Shown here: in pieces, positions 1-8,938 of the stretch
Layout: every line of letters starts with the position of its first letter
Numbering within the stretch: position 1 is the first letter of the stretch
Virus record (IMG/VR): IMGVR_UViG_3300027770_000038
Span: 48,806 to 112,805 of that record
Direction: 5' to 3' (one strand)
DNA from: a virus
Lineage: Duplodnaviria > Caudoviricetes
DNA length: 64,000 nt
Notes under the pieces: generated by a model
The model's database searches: none
What the model was told of the DNA's origin: nothing
What the model saw: the letters and a program-made list of their open reading frames with translations, nothing else
Position numbers and translations under genes: made by a program

Positions 1-2
1 TT

Positions 3-572
3 CACGGCCTTCCTAATCATACAAGAGACGATTGGTGGAAATTTTTTCATCAAACAGAAGAGGTTTGCTTAATGAACGGACTTAATAAACCTAAATCAAC
101 AAAATGTTTTTTAACAAAATGGTTTGATACAGAAAAAGGATTTAAAAACTTCATCGCTTTCGCTCCTTTCGCTGGATTTTATAATAAAAAAAACAATGAG
201 AAAACTCTTTCTTTTGAAAAAGCTCAAACAATAGTAAATGACATAATTTCACTTGGATATAACGTCCTTCAACTTGGCGGTCCCGACGAACCACAACTTA
301 AGGGCGCAGTTAAGATAAACGTTGATTATTTTTCTAATATCAAAAATATGCTTAGTTGTAAGGCGTTAATACATACAGACACTGGGTGTGGATGGATTGC
401 GTCAGCTTATGGATTCCCATGTGTTGGTTTGTATTCTAATCAATATTATGGAAAAGAATTCGTCAAAAATATACAGCCCACAAACGAAAACTCAATTTAT
501 TTAGACGATATTTGCTGCAATTCTATAGATAATATAAAAGTAATACAGGCTTTAAAAAATATTTTTTTATGA
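3..572 (+). CDS. Glycosyltransferase, GT9 (heptosyltransferase)-like C-terminal half; 5' end lies outside the window
   Basis: The frame is open from base 3, upstream of the listed ATG at 72. Motifs 'VLQLGGPDE' and 'LIHTDTGCGWIASAYGFPCVGLYS' match the GT9 D[ST]G..H.A.A...P...L signature. Confidence 0.7.
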   Translation, partial: HGLPNHTRDDWWKFFHQTEEVCLMNGLNKPKSTKCFLTKWFDTEKGFKNFIAFAPFAGFYNKKNNEKTLSFEKAQTIVNDIISLGYNVLQLGGPDEPQLKGAVKINVDYFSNIKNMLSCKALIHTDTGCGWIASAYGFPCVGLYSNQYYGKEFVKNIQPTNENSIYLDDICCNSIDNIKVIQALKNIFL

Positions 573-1252
573 AAAATAGAGAATACGGAATTCGAATGGG
601 CGGGAACGAGTATGATTTTGAAAACCTCATTTCATCATATGTTTCTAATTTAGAAAAAAAACAACAGTTCTCCTATCTTGAAGTAGGGATCGCAGACGCT
701 AAAACCTTTAAATGCGTTTTTGATATCGCCAAAGAAAATAATAAAAATGAAGCTGACTTATATTTTATAGGCGTTGACATAAAACCTGCGTACATAAGCG
801 AAGCCAAAGTTTGGAATGCGACATATGGCGACGAATTAAACGTCATAACCATAGAAGATCCAAAAATAAATTATGATGAGTTAATTAAACAAAATCATGC
901 GAACTTCATAATTTGCGAGGCAAATGAATTCCTTAAGAATTTTTTAATTAGAGAAATAGATATTTGCTTTATTGATGGATGTCATGGATATGAATGCGTA
1001 AAAAACAATTTCTTAAATGTAGAAAAGAAAATAAAAAAAGGCGGATATGTTATTTTCCATGATTCTGGATTTCTAGAACAAGGAAGCGATTATCAACCAC
1101 ATTGCAATGACTGTATAAATGTTAGAAAAGCTATTAAAGAAGTAGGCCTTTTGGATAATAAATATGACGGTTGGTGCTATATCAAAGAGACTCAAGGCTC
1201 AAGGAAAATAGGACTAGACGGGAATAGTTCTTCTATATTTAGAAAATTATAA
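569..1252 (+). CDS. Class I SAM-dependent methyltransferase (Methyltransf_24-like), probably a sugar O-methyltransferase
   Basis: Motifs 'YLEVGIADAKT', 'FIDGCHGYECVKNNF' and 'KKGGYVIFHD'. Confidence 0.8.
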   Translation: MKNREYGIRMGGNEYDFENLISSYVSNLEKKQQFSYLEVGIADAKTFKCVFDIAKENNKNEADLYFIGVDIKPAYISEAKVWNATYGDELNVITIEDPKINYDELIKQNHANFIICEANEFLKNFLIREIDICFIDGCHGYECVKNNFLNVEKKIKKGGYVIFHDSGFLEQGSDYQPHCNDCINVRKAIKEVGLLDNKYDGWCYIKETQGSRKIGLDGNSSSIFRKL

Positions 1253-1271
1253 AATACAAAACTTAAGTTAG

Positions 1272-2105
1272 ATGAATGTTAAGTATACAGAAATTATAGA
1301 ACAATACGGAAAATTTAAAATTACTCCGGGATATGGTAATCTCTCGGATAATTTATTTTTGACTCCGTTAATGAAAAAATTTCAAGATATCGAAGTCGAA
1401 GTAGCAGATGAAGAGGTTAACATTTCAAGAGCGCAAGTATTTAATAATTTAGCTAATGTGCAGATTAAAAAAGTAACAGAAATAATTAAAACAACCCCAA
1501 TTACGAGAGGCAAGACTCATATATCTCAAGCTATTTTGGATTATTACGGTATTGAAGACGTTAATTATTTGCCATTTGTTAAGGTCACTCAAGAAGAAAT
1601 TGAATGGGCAAAAAAGTTTTTAGAAAAATACTCTAACCCTTTAGCCATCGTACCTACAAATAGCTGCTCTTGGGACAGAACAAATTATTTCGCTCAAGTA
1701 CGAACTTTTAATTTTGAAATGTGCAAGTTCTTTATCTCTCATTTTGGTAAAAAATACACGCTTTTACAGTTTGGAGTCGATTCTAATTATTATAAAACGA
1801 TGACGACAAGTTTTTTTAATTTGCCTAATGTCGTTCATATTAAAAATTTAAATATAAGACAGCTTGCCGCTTGCTATTATGTAATTGGGAAAATAATAAG
1901 TTGCGATACTGGCGATCCTTATTTAATGGTTGCTGTCGGCGGTAAAGTTCTAGAAATGGTCCCAATGGATATACCTCATATCTATAAGCACTGGGAATAT
2001 AATTATGTTGACGAAAGTTTATGGAAAGGCGAAAAAATCAGAGCTAAATATTTTGATATGAAAGACTATAAAAAAACACTAGAATATATAAATTTTGATT
2101 TTTAA
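1272..2105 (+). CDS. GT9-like glycosyltransferase
   Basis: N-terminal 'GNLSDNLFLTPL' and C-terminal 'ISCDTGDPYLMVAVGG'. Paralog of the next gene. Confidence 0.7.
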   Translation: MNVKYTEIIEQYGKFKITPGYGNLSDNLFLTPLMKKFQDIEVEVADEEVNISRAQVFNNLANVQIKKVTEIIKTTPITRGKTHISQAILDYYGIEDVNYLPFVKVTQEEIEWAKKFLEKYSNPLAIVPTNSCSWDRTNYFAQVRTFNFEMCKFFISHFGKKYTLLQFGVDSNYYKTMTTSFFNLPNVVHIKNLNIRQLAACYYVIGKIISCDTGDPYLMVAVGGKVLEMVPMDIPHIYKHWEYNYVDESLWKGEKIRAKYFDMKDYKKTLEYINFDF

Positions 2106-2185
2106 AATGAAGGAACTTAAAGATAAGCGCTATATAACTAAGCATTATTAAAACAAAGAATATTTAGAAATTGTTCTTAAATAAA

Positions 2186-2992
2186 ATGAAAGATAAACAA
2201 ATAATTATTGGTTCTCAAGGAGGAGGACTAGGAGACAACTTGCAGATAACTCCTCTTTTTAAATATTTTGAGAATGGAACTTTAGAAATAATTAATAATG
2301 ATTACGGTAAAGACCTTTCTTCGGTTTATGAAACAATTGCTAAAATTGAATTTAAAGACAGCCCAATAAAACAAGAAATTTTTTTCTCTAAATACGGCAA
2401 TCCTGAACGGTCAAAGGCGTTGAGGAACGGAGCCTTAAATTATTTAACTATATTTGGAATAGAAAACGAAGTTTCTCCAATCCCTAAAGTCAATTTAAAT
2501 CTAGAAGAAATTCAAAAAGCTAAACAAAAACTATCTAATTATAAAAATCCAATAGCATTAGTCACATATGGTGGAGGATATAAGAAAGACGACACCCTTC
2601 AGATGTATCCAGAATATCGACTCCTAGCAAAAGAAAAATGGCAATTTATAGTAGACCAACTTAGCCAAAAATACACAGTATTACATTTTTTCAAAGGAGA
2701 AAATTTAATGAAATTAGAGAACTGCATAGAAATAAATAACCTTTCTATTTATGATCTAAAGCATTATTTTGCAGTTATAGGCAAATATCTAGGGATAGAC
2801 ACTGGTTCTTATCATCTTATGTTGGCAGTAGGAGGATTTGCTCATGCGATTGTACCGGATTTATCTTGGCAGCATCAATATTATCCCCCCAATTGGCAAT
2901 ACGACGAAGAGCTATGGGAAAAAGAAGGCAGTATGAGAGTTAAATATTACAATAAAGACAGAGAATGGCAAAACGTTTTAAATTATCTATAA
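2186..2992 (+). CDS. GT9-like glycosyltransferase
   Basis: 'GGLGDNLQITPL' and 'YLGIDTGSYHLMLAVGG'. ATG at 2186 preferred over TTG at 2171. Confidence 0.75.
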   Translation: MKDKQIIIGSQGGGLGDNLQITPLFKYFENGTLEIINNDYGKDLSSVYETIAKIEFKDSPIKQEIFFSKYGNPERSKALRNGALNYLTIFGIENEVSPIPKVNLNLEEIQKAKQKLSNYKNPIALVTYGGGYKKDDTLQMYPEYRLLAKEKWQFIVDQLSQKYTVLHFFKGENLMKLENCIEINNLSIYDLKHYFAVIGKYLGIDTGSYHLMLAVGGFAHAIVPDLSWQHQYYPPNWQYDEELWEKEGSMRVKYYNKDREWQNVLNYL

Positions 2993-2996
2993 AAAT

Positions 2997-3755
2997 ATGA
3001 ATATAAATTATCCAGACCAAACAAAAAATATAACAATTTATAAAACTCAAGATGATAAAAAATGTTTAATTTTTTCTGTATATGGCGACGGCGGAAGATC
3101 ACAAGAAGAACTGAAAAGACATCAAGTCGTGATGGATAGCCAAGAAAAAGTATTTGCAAAATTAAATATCCCATTAAATAGATTCTATCATAATTTTAAT
3201 TACTACGGAATGGGCCCTAAAATAACTGAAATAGTTAATTCTTTAATTGATAAAATAGACTATTTTATTATTCTAGATATTGATATATGCCCTTTAAGAA
3301 GCACTTTTGTTAGTGATATTATTGATAAAATCAAAGACGGAAACACTGTCTTTGGAGGAGCGCAACAATCAAATCATATCGCCGTAAATGGTACAAAAAA
3401 TCATTTGTATGCAAGCCTATCATTTTTTGGCATTTCTTCGGCTATATATACCAAATTAGGATTTCCAAGTTTTGAAAGTAATCACAGAGGAGACGTAGCA
3501 GAAGAAATTGGGTGGATGATCGAAGAAAAAGGACACAACCTGTGTTTATCTTTCCCGTCTTCTTTTATTGAAACGACTACTGAAGAACAGCAAAAGTATG
3601 GAGTCCCAGCATTTTGGGATTTAGGCAATGGACATAAGTTCGGACTAGGAACCACTTATGGAGATTATGTTTTTCATGCAACGATGCAAAGTGTACCGAG
3701 AAGCACTGATTTATTTGTAGAAAAATGTATTGAAGTTTTAAAAAGCAACATTTAA
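2997..3755 (+). CDS. Putative GT-A fold glycosyltransferase
   Basis: DxD motif after a hydrophobic strand ('YFIILDIDICP'), plus cluster context. Confidence 0.5.
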   Translation: MNINYPDQTKNITIYKTQDDKKCLIFSVYGDGGRSQEELKRHQVVMDSQEKVFAKLNIPLNRFYHNFNYYGMGPKITEIVNSLIDKIDYFIILDIDICPLRSTFVSDIIDKIKDGNTVFGGAQQSNHIAVNGTKNHLYASLSFFGISSAIYTKLGFPSFESNHRGDVAEEIGWMIEEKGHNLCLSFPSSFIETTTEEQQKYGVPAFWDLGNGHKFGLGTTYGDYVFHATMQSVPRSTDLFVEKCIEVLKSNI

Positions 3756-3757
3756 AA

Positions 3758-4672
3758 ATGACAAATATAATATTTGGCAAAAATGGCTTCGTAGGCAAAA
3801 GTGTTGAGACGACAGGAGAGACCCCAACAAAAAACGAATGCGATTTAAAAAATTACGAATCGACTTTATCTTATTTAAATAAATTTAAAGATCAAAAAAT
3901 TAATATTATAAATCTTGCCGCAAAAGTCGCAGGAGTACTTTATAATAAAAATCACAATGTAGAAATGCTATATGAAAATACTTTAATATCATTAAATTTA
4001 ATCAAAGCAATAAAAGAGTTGAATCTTGATTGTTATCTCCTTTCAATATCTAGTGTTTGCGCTTATGATGAAACACTTACAATGGAAGAAGGTAAATATT
4101 TCAATGGGCTTCCATCAGAAAATAATTTTGGATATGGAATTTCAAAGAAAATTTCTTATCTATCGGCGAAAGCTTTACAGATAGATAATCCTAATTTTAA
4201 ATTCGCTTGTCTGATTCCTACAAATATGTATGGAGAACATGATAACATAAGCCCACAGTTTTCGCATGTTGTTCCCGCTCTATTTATGAAAATGCTTAAA
4301 AAAGACGAGGAAGAGGCGAATATTTTTGGAAACGCAAATAACGTTAGAAATTTTTTATATGTAAAAGATCTAGGCAGAGTTATTGATTTTTTCGTTAATA
4401 AACAAGCTGAAGGATATTATAATATGGCTTCAGACGAAGGAGTAAGTATTTTTGATTTAACAGAAAAAATAAAAAATATTACAAACTGCACAAAAAAAAT
4501 AAATTTTAATTTTTCAGGACAATCGAATAGTAGGATTGTTAAAAATGATAAAATAAAAATCTTTTATCAACAACATGGAAAAAATTTACAGATTACCCCT
4601 CTTGACGAAGGTTTAAAAAATACTTACGAATGGATTAAAGATAAAAAATATGAAATACCCTCTACAAACTGA
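3758..4672 (+). CDS. fcl: GDP-L-fucose synthase / ColC-like NAD(P)-dependent epimerase-reductase
   Basis: 'IFGKNGFVGK', 'INLAAKVAG', 'SSVCAY', catalytic 'YGISK', 'PTNMYG', 'SHVVPAL', 'RNFLYVKD'. Confidence 0.85.
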   Translation: MTNIIFGKNGFVGKSVETTGETPTKNECDLKNYESTLSYLNKFKDQKINIINLAAKVAGVLYNKNHNVEMLYENTLISLNLIKAIKELNLDCYLLSISSVCAYDETLTMEEGKYFNGLPSENNFGYGISKKISYLSAKALQIDNPNFKFACLIPTNMYGEHDNISPQFSHVVPALFMKMLKKDEEEANIFGNANNVRNFLYVKDLGRVIDFFVNKQAEGYYNMASDEGVSIFDLTEKIKNITNCTKKINFNFSGQSNSRIVKNDKIKIFYQQHGKNLQITPLDEGLKNTYEWIKDKKYEIPSTN

Positions 4673-5819
4673 TAACTTTACTTTTTGGGACAGAGTTAAA
4701 GCAGCTTTGTTCGTGCTTAATAAAAAGAATAGACTGACCACTGGGCCAAAAGTTCTTGAACTAGAAAGAAAATGGGAAAAAATTGCTGGTATCCAAACAA
4801 AATGCGTTGCTGCTTCTTCTGGGTCAACAGCTAACCATCTCTTGGTTGAAACGTTTATTCAAAGCCTTAATCTTAATCCCAAAGATATTATAGTTTTCGT
4901 TCCATCGACTACTTGGGCATCGTCAGTAAGCCCTTGGATAATGAGAGGATGCAAAGTCGTTTTTGTAGACATTAATCTTGGGGACTTTAGTTTTAATTAT
5001 GATGAATTAGAAAAGAAGCTTGAATCTTACAAAAATCCAAAAAAGATTAAAGTAATCTGGCCTACCGCATTGATTGGTTTCGTTCCTAACATAAATAAGT
5101 TAAAAGAGCTAAAAGAAAAATACAATACATATCTATTTGCTGATCTTTGTGAAACTACAATGGGAAACTATTATGGCAAAAATATTCTTAGTTGTTTTGA
5201 TATGGCGACTACTTCTTTCTTTTGGGCACATCAAATCTGCGGAATTGAGATGGGAATGCTCTTTATGCAAGAGAGCTTTATTAAGAACTCTGAGCTTTAT
5301 ATAAACGCCCAAATGATTCGCAGTCACGGCTTAACTAGAGTGCTTCCAAAAGGCAATGTAACTCGAAAGACAATAGAAGACAGCGCACCAGAAGTTGATC
5401 CTGAGTTCTTGTTTTATAAAATAGGCACTAACTACAGGACTACTGATTTAAATGCTTTTTTTGCATTGATGGATACAGAAAAGTATTATGCATACATAAA
5501 CGAAAGACGAGAGATCTGGGAATATTTTATCGCTAATCTTCCTCTAGAATATAGAAAACTTAATTTAAATATCGTTCCTTTTTGTCTTCCTTTAATAAGC
5601 GAAACTAAATCAATCAAGGAAATAAAGAAAAAATTAAACGAAAACGGATGGGAAACTCGTCCAGTGATTTGTTATCTGCCAATTAATCCTGCGTTTGAAC
5701 AGTTCGCCAAAGGAGAAAGGTTTCCAAATAGTAAATTCTTAAATGATAATGGATTTTATGTTGGATTAAATAAAGATATTACTTTCAAAGATATCGACAA
5801 ACTGATTTCTCTACTATGA
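4650..5819 (+). CDS. colD: PLP-dependent DegT/DnrJ-family enzyme, ColD-like GDP-4-keto-6-deoxymannose 3-dehydratase
   Basis: 'SSGSTANHL', 'ADLCET', 'SFFWAHQICGIEMG' (His in place of the Schiff-base Lys), 'RSHG', 'GTNYR'. N-terminus 'MKYPL' resembles ColD. Confidence 0.75.
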   Translation: MKYPLQTDNFTFWDRVKAALFVLNKKNRLTTGPKVLELERKWEKIAGIQTKCVAASSGSTANHLLVETFIQSLNLNPKDIIVFVPSTTWASSVSPWIMRGCKVVFVDINLGDFSFNYDELEKKLESYKNPKKIKVIWPTALIGFVPNINKLKELKEKYNTYLFADLCETTMGNYYGKNILSCFDMATTSFFWAHQICGIEMGMLFMQESFIKNSELYINAQMIRSHGLTRVLPKGNVTRKTIEDSAPEVDPEFLFYKIGTNYRTTDLNAFFALMDTEKYYAYINERREIWEYFIANLPLEYRKLNLNIVPFCLPLISETKSIKEIKKKLNENGWETRPVICYLPINPAFEQFAKGERFPNSKFLNDNGFYVGLNKDITFKDIDKLISLL

Positions 5820-6736
5820 AAATAGCTTCATTTGGAGCTAGATTTTTTGGCGGTCAAATTTCTAGAATAGAAGAGGGCTTTTGTAAATTAGGACATGAAA
5901 TTAATTTTGAATGCCCTGACGTTATTTTCAGTAATGATCCGGGTTTTTATGAAAAAGCATACAAGTTAAAAGAAAAGAACCCAAAAGCAAAACTAATATT
6001 TAACGTATTAGACCTGCCTCCTCATTATATAGACGAATCTAAATACGACATCTCTAGGTATCCTTACATAAATAACCCAAATAGAGACTTCAATCCAGAA
6101 AAATTAATAAACTGGCTTAAAAAAGCAGATATTATTACCTGTATTTGCGAAGAAGTAAAATGGCAGATAAAAAAGTGGTGCGGATTTGACAGTGTAGTTA
6201 TTTTCAATCCAATCAAAGATGTTTCTTTTTTAAATCTTCCTCTACAGAATAAAGCGAAGAATCAAAGAGGCATTCCTTATAAATACCTATACGTTGGAAG
6301 AGCTTGCGATATGAACAAAAGATTCAATCTCGTTTATCAAGCAATAGCTAAACTTGGAGACCCTGCTGACTCTTTAGCTATCATTGGCTCAGAAAATCCC
6401 GGTTGGGGAGACTATTATGGCGTATTTGAAGATGAAGTTTTAAATTACTTTTATAATTCTGTAGAGTATTTAATGTTTCCTTCTGCTTTTAAATCTATTG
6501 GTCTGCCAGCTTTAGAGGCTGTAGTTTGCCAAACAATTCCAATAGTAACTAATGACGATCCAGTAACCAAAGAGTTTTGGGCCGAGATAGGAGTAGATGC
6601 CAATAAAATTGCAGAATCAATTTCAAACCCTGACTGGAATCAAAAAGCTAAAAAATTTGTAAAAGACAACAGCGACCTATATAAACAAAAATTCGATAAA
6701 GTGACTATCGCTGCTAACATATTAAATCTACTATGA
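5816..6736 (+). CDS. GT-B (GT4-like) glycosyltransferase
   Basis: 'YLYVGR...NKR' and 'LMFPSAFKSIGLPALEA'. Confidence 0.75.
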   Translation: MKIASFGARFFGGQISRIEEGFCKLGHEINFECPDVIFSNDPGFYEKAYKLKEKNPKAKLIFNVLDLPPHYIDESKYDISRYPYINNPNRDFNPEKLINWLKKADIITCICEEVKWQIKKWCGFDSVVIFNPIKDVSFLNLPLQNKAKNQRGIPYKYLYVGRACDMNKRFNLVYQAIAKLGDPADSLAIIGSENPGWGDYYGVFEDEVLNYFYNSVEYLMFPSAFKSIGLPALEAVVCQTIPIVTNDDPVTKEFWAEIGVDANKIAESISNPDWNQKAKKFVKDNSDLYKQKFDKVTIAANILNLL

Positions 6737-7491
6737 AAATTGGAATTTTAGGATGTGGTTATGATTGCGTAAACGATTTAGACAATAGGCTGGCTCCTTG
6801 GTTTGAAGCAGCAAAAGAATCTGACATAATCTTTTCTTTCGTCTCTTGCATGTTTAAAGAGTATAAAGATATAAACATAAATACTGATAACTCTAAAACC
6901 ATTCAGTATTTTCAAAAATTAAAAGATAATGGATTTATTCAGTTTTTTAACACTAGCGAGACGGCATTGATAGAGTCTGACGCTAGAAATTTGGCACTGT
7001 TTCCTCTGTTACAAGAAAAAGTTGATTGCGTCTGGCTATTAGATTTGAGCGATGAATACTATTCTTTAAAAGAAATAAAAGCAATAATCTCTTATATATC
7101 TAACGAGAAGTTCAACCAATGGTATGGTATCAACTTTAAGAATTATATATTAGACGGCAAGCAATGGATTGACGACTTTTGCCCTCCAAGAATATTCTTT
7201 AATTCTAGAGGTTTAAATTTGGTTAAATTTTATTGGGATAATGACATGATATATACAAATGGAATAGATGAGCTTAACTATAAATATTTAGTAAATCAAA
7301 AAATCCCAAAACATTATGCTCATGTCAAACATATGACTTGGTTGCACTCAAATGGAAAACTAAAAGTAGAATATCAAAACAAACATTTCGGCCATTGCTC
7401 CTATAAATGGAATCATGAAACTAATGAATTAGAAATAGATAGAAGCTTTTTTGTAAAAAACAATATCCCTCAACCTATAATACATACATAA
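6733..7491 (+). CDS. GT-A (GT2-like) glycosyltransferase
   Basis: 'ESDARNLAL' and 'WLLDLSDEYY' resemble the GT2 'RN...W...lDaDE' pattern. Confidence 0.55.
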   Translation: MKIGILGCGYDCVNDLDNRLAPWFEAAKESDIIFSFVSCMFKEYKDININTDNSKTIQYFQKLKDNGFIQFFNTSETALIESDARNLALFPLLQEKVDCVWLLDLSDEYYSLKEIKAIISYISNEKFNQWYGINFKNYILDGKQWIDDFCPPRIFFNSRGLNLVKFYWDNDMIYTNGIDELNYKYLVNQKIPKHYAHVKHMTWLHSNGKLKVEYQNKHFGHCSYKWNHETNELEIDRSFFVKNNIPQPIIHT

Positions 7492-7493
7492 CA

Positions 7494-8546
7494 ATGAAAA
7501 ATATAATTATAACAGGAATTTCCGGTCAAGATGGATCTTACATGCTTGATTATTTGCTTGAGAATACCGATTATAACATTTTTGGTGCAGTTAGAAGGCT
7601 TTCTGTACCTAACTATTCTAATTTCTCACAACATTTAAACAATAAAAGACTTAGTCTTGTAACCGTTGATCTTTCTGATTCTCAATCAATTGACAACATA
7701 GTAAGAGAGATAAAGCCTGATTACTTTATTAATTTTGCAGCGCAATCTTTCGTAGGTTCAAGCTGGCAAATTCCTGAACAAACATTTGACGCTGGCGCTA
7801 TGGGCGTGTTAAGGTGCCTTGAGGCTGTGCGTAAGCACTCTCCAAAGTGCAGATTTTATAATGCTGGAAGTTCTGAAGAGTTTGGAGATGTAAAGTATAC
7901 CCCTCAAGATGAAAAGCATTCATTGTCTCCAAGATCTCCATATGGAGCCGCAAAGTGCGCGGCGAGACATATAGTAAAAGTGTATCGTGAGTCTTATAAT
8001 CTTTTTGCAATTCAAGGCTATCTTTTTAATCATGAATCTCCAAGAAGGGGAGAAGAGTTTGTAACTCGAAAAATCACCAAAGGAGTAGCCAGAATTTTTA
8101 AAGCTATTAAAAATGGACAGCCTTTTGGGCCTATCCATTTAGGAAATGTTGACGCAAAAAGAGACTGGAGCCATGCTATAGATTTTGTTGATGGAGTATG
8201 GAAGATGCTTAACCAAGCACACCCCAATGAGTATATACTTTCTAGTAATGAAGCTCATACAATTAGAGAATTCATTGAACTAGCATTTAAAGAAGTTGGG
8301 ATAGAGGGATTTTGGCACGGCCAAGGGACCAACGAAGAATTCTCCATCTCGACTGAATACGCCATTAAAAACGAAGTCAACTCCTCTGTTCTGGTTAAAA
8401 TTGATCCAAAATTCTTTCGCCCAGCAGAGGTAGAGCTTTTACTTGGAGACTCTTCCAAAGCTCGCCTAGAATTAGGATGGAGCCCAAAATGGTCTTTCCA
8501 TCAATTAGTAAAAGACATGGTAATTTCTGATCTGAATCAAACTTAA
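7494..8546 (+). CDS. gmd: GDP-mannose 4,6-dehydratase
   Basis: 'ITGISGQDGSY', 'AAQSFVGSSW', 'PRSPYGAAK', 'LFNHESPRRGEEFVTRKIT', 'LGNVDAKRDW', 'RPAEVELLLGD'. Confidence 0.97.
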   Translation: MKNIIITGISGQDGSYMLDYLLENTDYNIFGAVRRLSVPNYSNFSQHLNNKRLSLVTVDLSDSQSIDNIVREIKPDYFINFAAQSFVGSSWQIPEQTFDAGAMGVLRCLEAVRKHSPKCRFYNAGSSEEFGDVKYTPQDEKHSLSPRSPYGAAKCAARHIVKVYRESYNLFAIQGYLFNHESPRRGEEFVTRKITKGVARIFKAIKNGQPFGPIHLGNVDAKRDWSHAIDFVDGVWKMLNQAHPNEYILSSNEAHTIREFIELAFKEVGIEGFWHGQGTNEEFSISTEYAIKNEVNSSVLVKIDPKFFRPAEVELLLGDSSKARLELGWSPKWSFHQLVKDMVISDLNQT

Positions 8547-8938
8547 TGTCCATTCAACAAACAATTGTAGAAAAATTTGTCAGAAAAAACGAAGTAGACT
8601 GGGCTAGGGATATGAAGGCTGCTACGGCGCTTTTAAAAATTTTCCCTGAGCATGGGTTTTGGGAATGGCTTGAGCCGCACCCAACAGTTTCTAATCTTGG
8701 ATTTTTTCGGTCTAAAAAGAACTTAACAATACTAAAAGACAGATATTCCCTTTTCCTTCAACGGAAAGACCTCAAGGAGTCGAAAGAAAAGCTGAAAGAA
8801 AGCTTTGACTCAAAGGTCGCGACCAGCTATAATCAAGAGGACAGCAAAGTGGGCGAAGACATTCCTATCGTCAAAAAGCCCAGAACTTTAAAAGAATTTC
8901 TTAATCATGGCAAAGCCCCCGAAACAACAGCAACCTGA
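8546..8938 (+). CDS. Hypothetical protein
   Basis: 130-aa ORF coupled to gmd (TAATG overlap) and overlapping the recA start. No motif recognised. Confidence 0.7.
   Translation: MSIQQTIVEKFVRKNEVDWARDMKAATALLKIFPEHGFWEWLEPHPTVSNLGFFRSKKNLTILKDRYSLFLQRKDLKESKEKLKESFDSKVATSYNQEDSKVGEDIPIVKKPRTLKEFLNHGKAPETTAT
8805..8833 (+). promoter_or_regulatory. Sigma70-type promoter upstream of recA, inside the preceding ORF
   Basis: TTGACT (8805-8810), 17-nt spacer, TATAAT (8828-8833). The spacer contains the palindrome GGTCGCGACC (8815-8824). Confidence 0.7.

Noticed and set aside
1-8546. Bacterial chromosomal LPS/O-antigen locus
   Set aside because: It is contiguous and translationally coupled with phage-type replication genes, followed by tail genes. 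No wzx/wzy or housekeeping genes are present, so a phage origin fits better.
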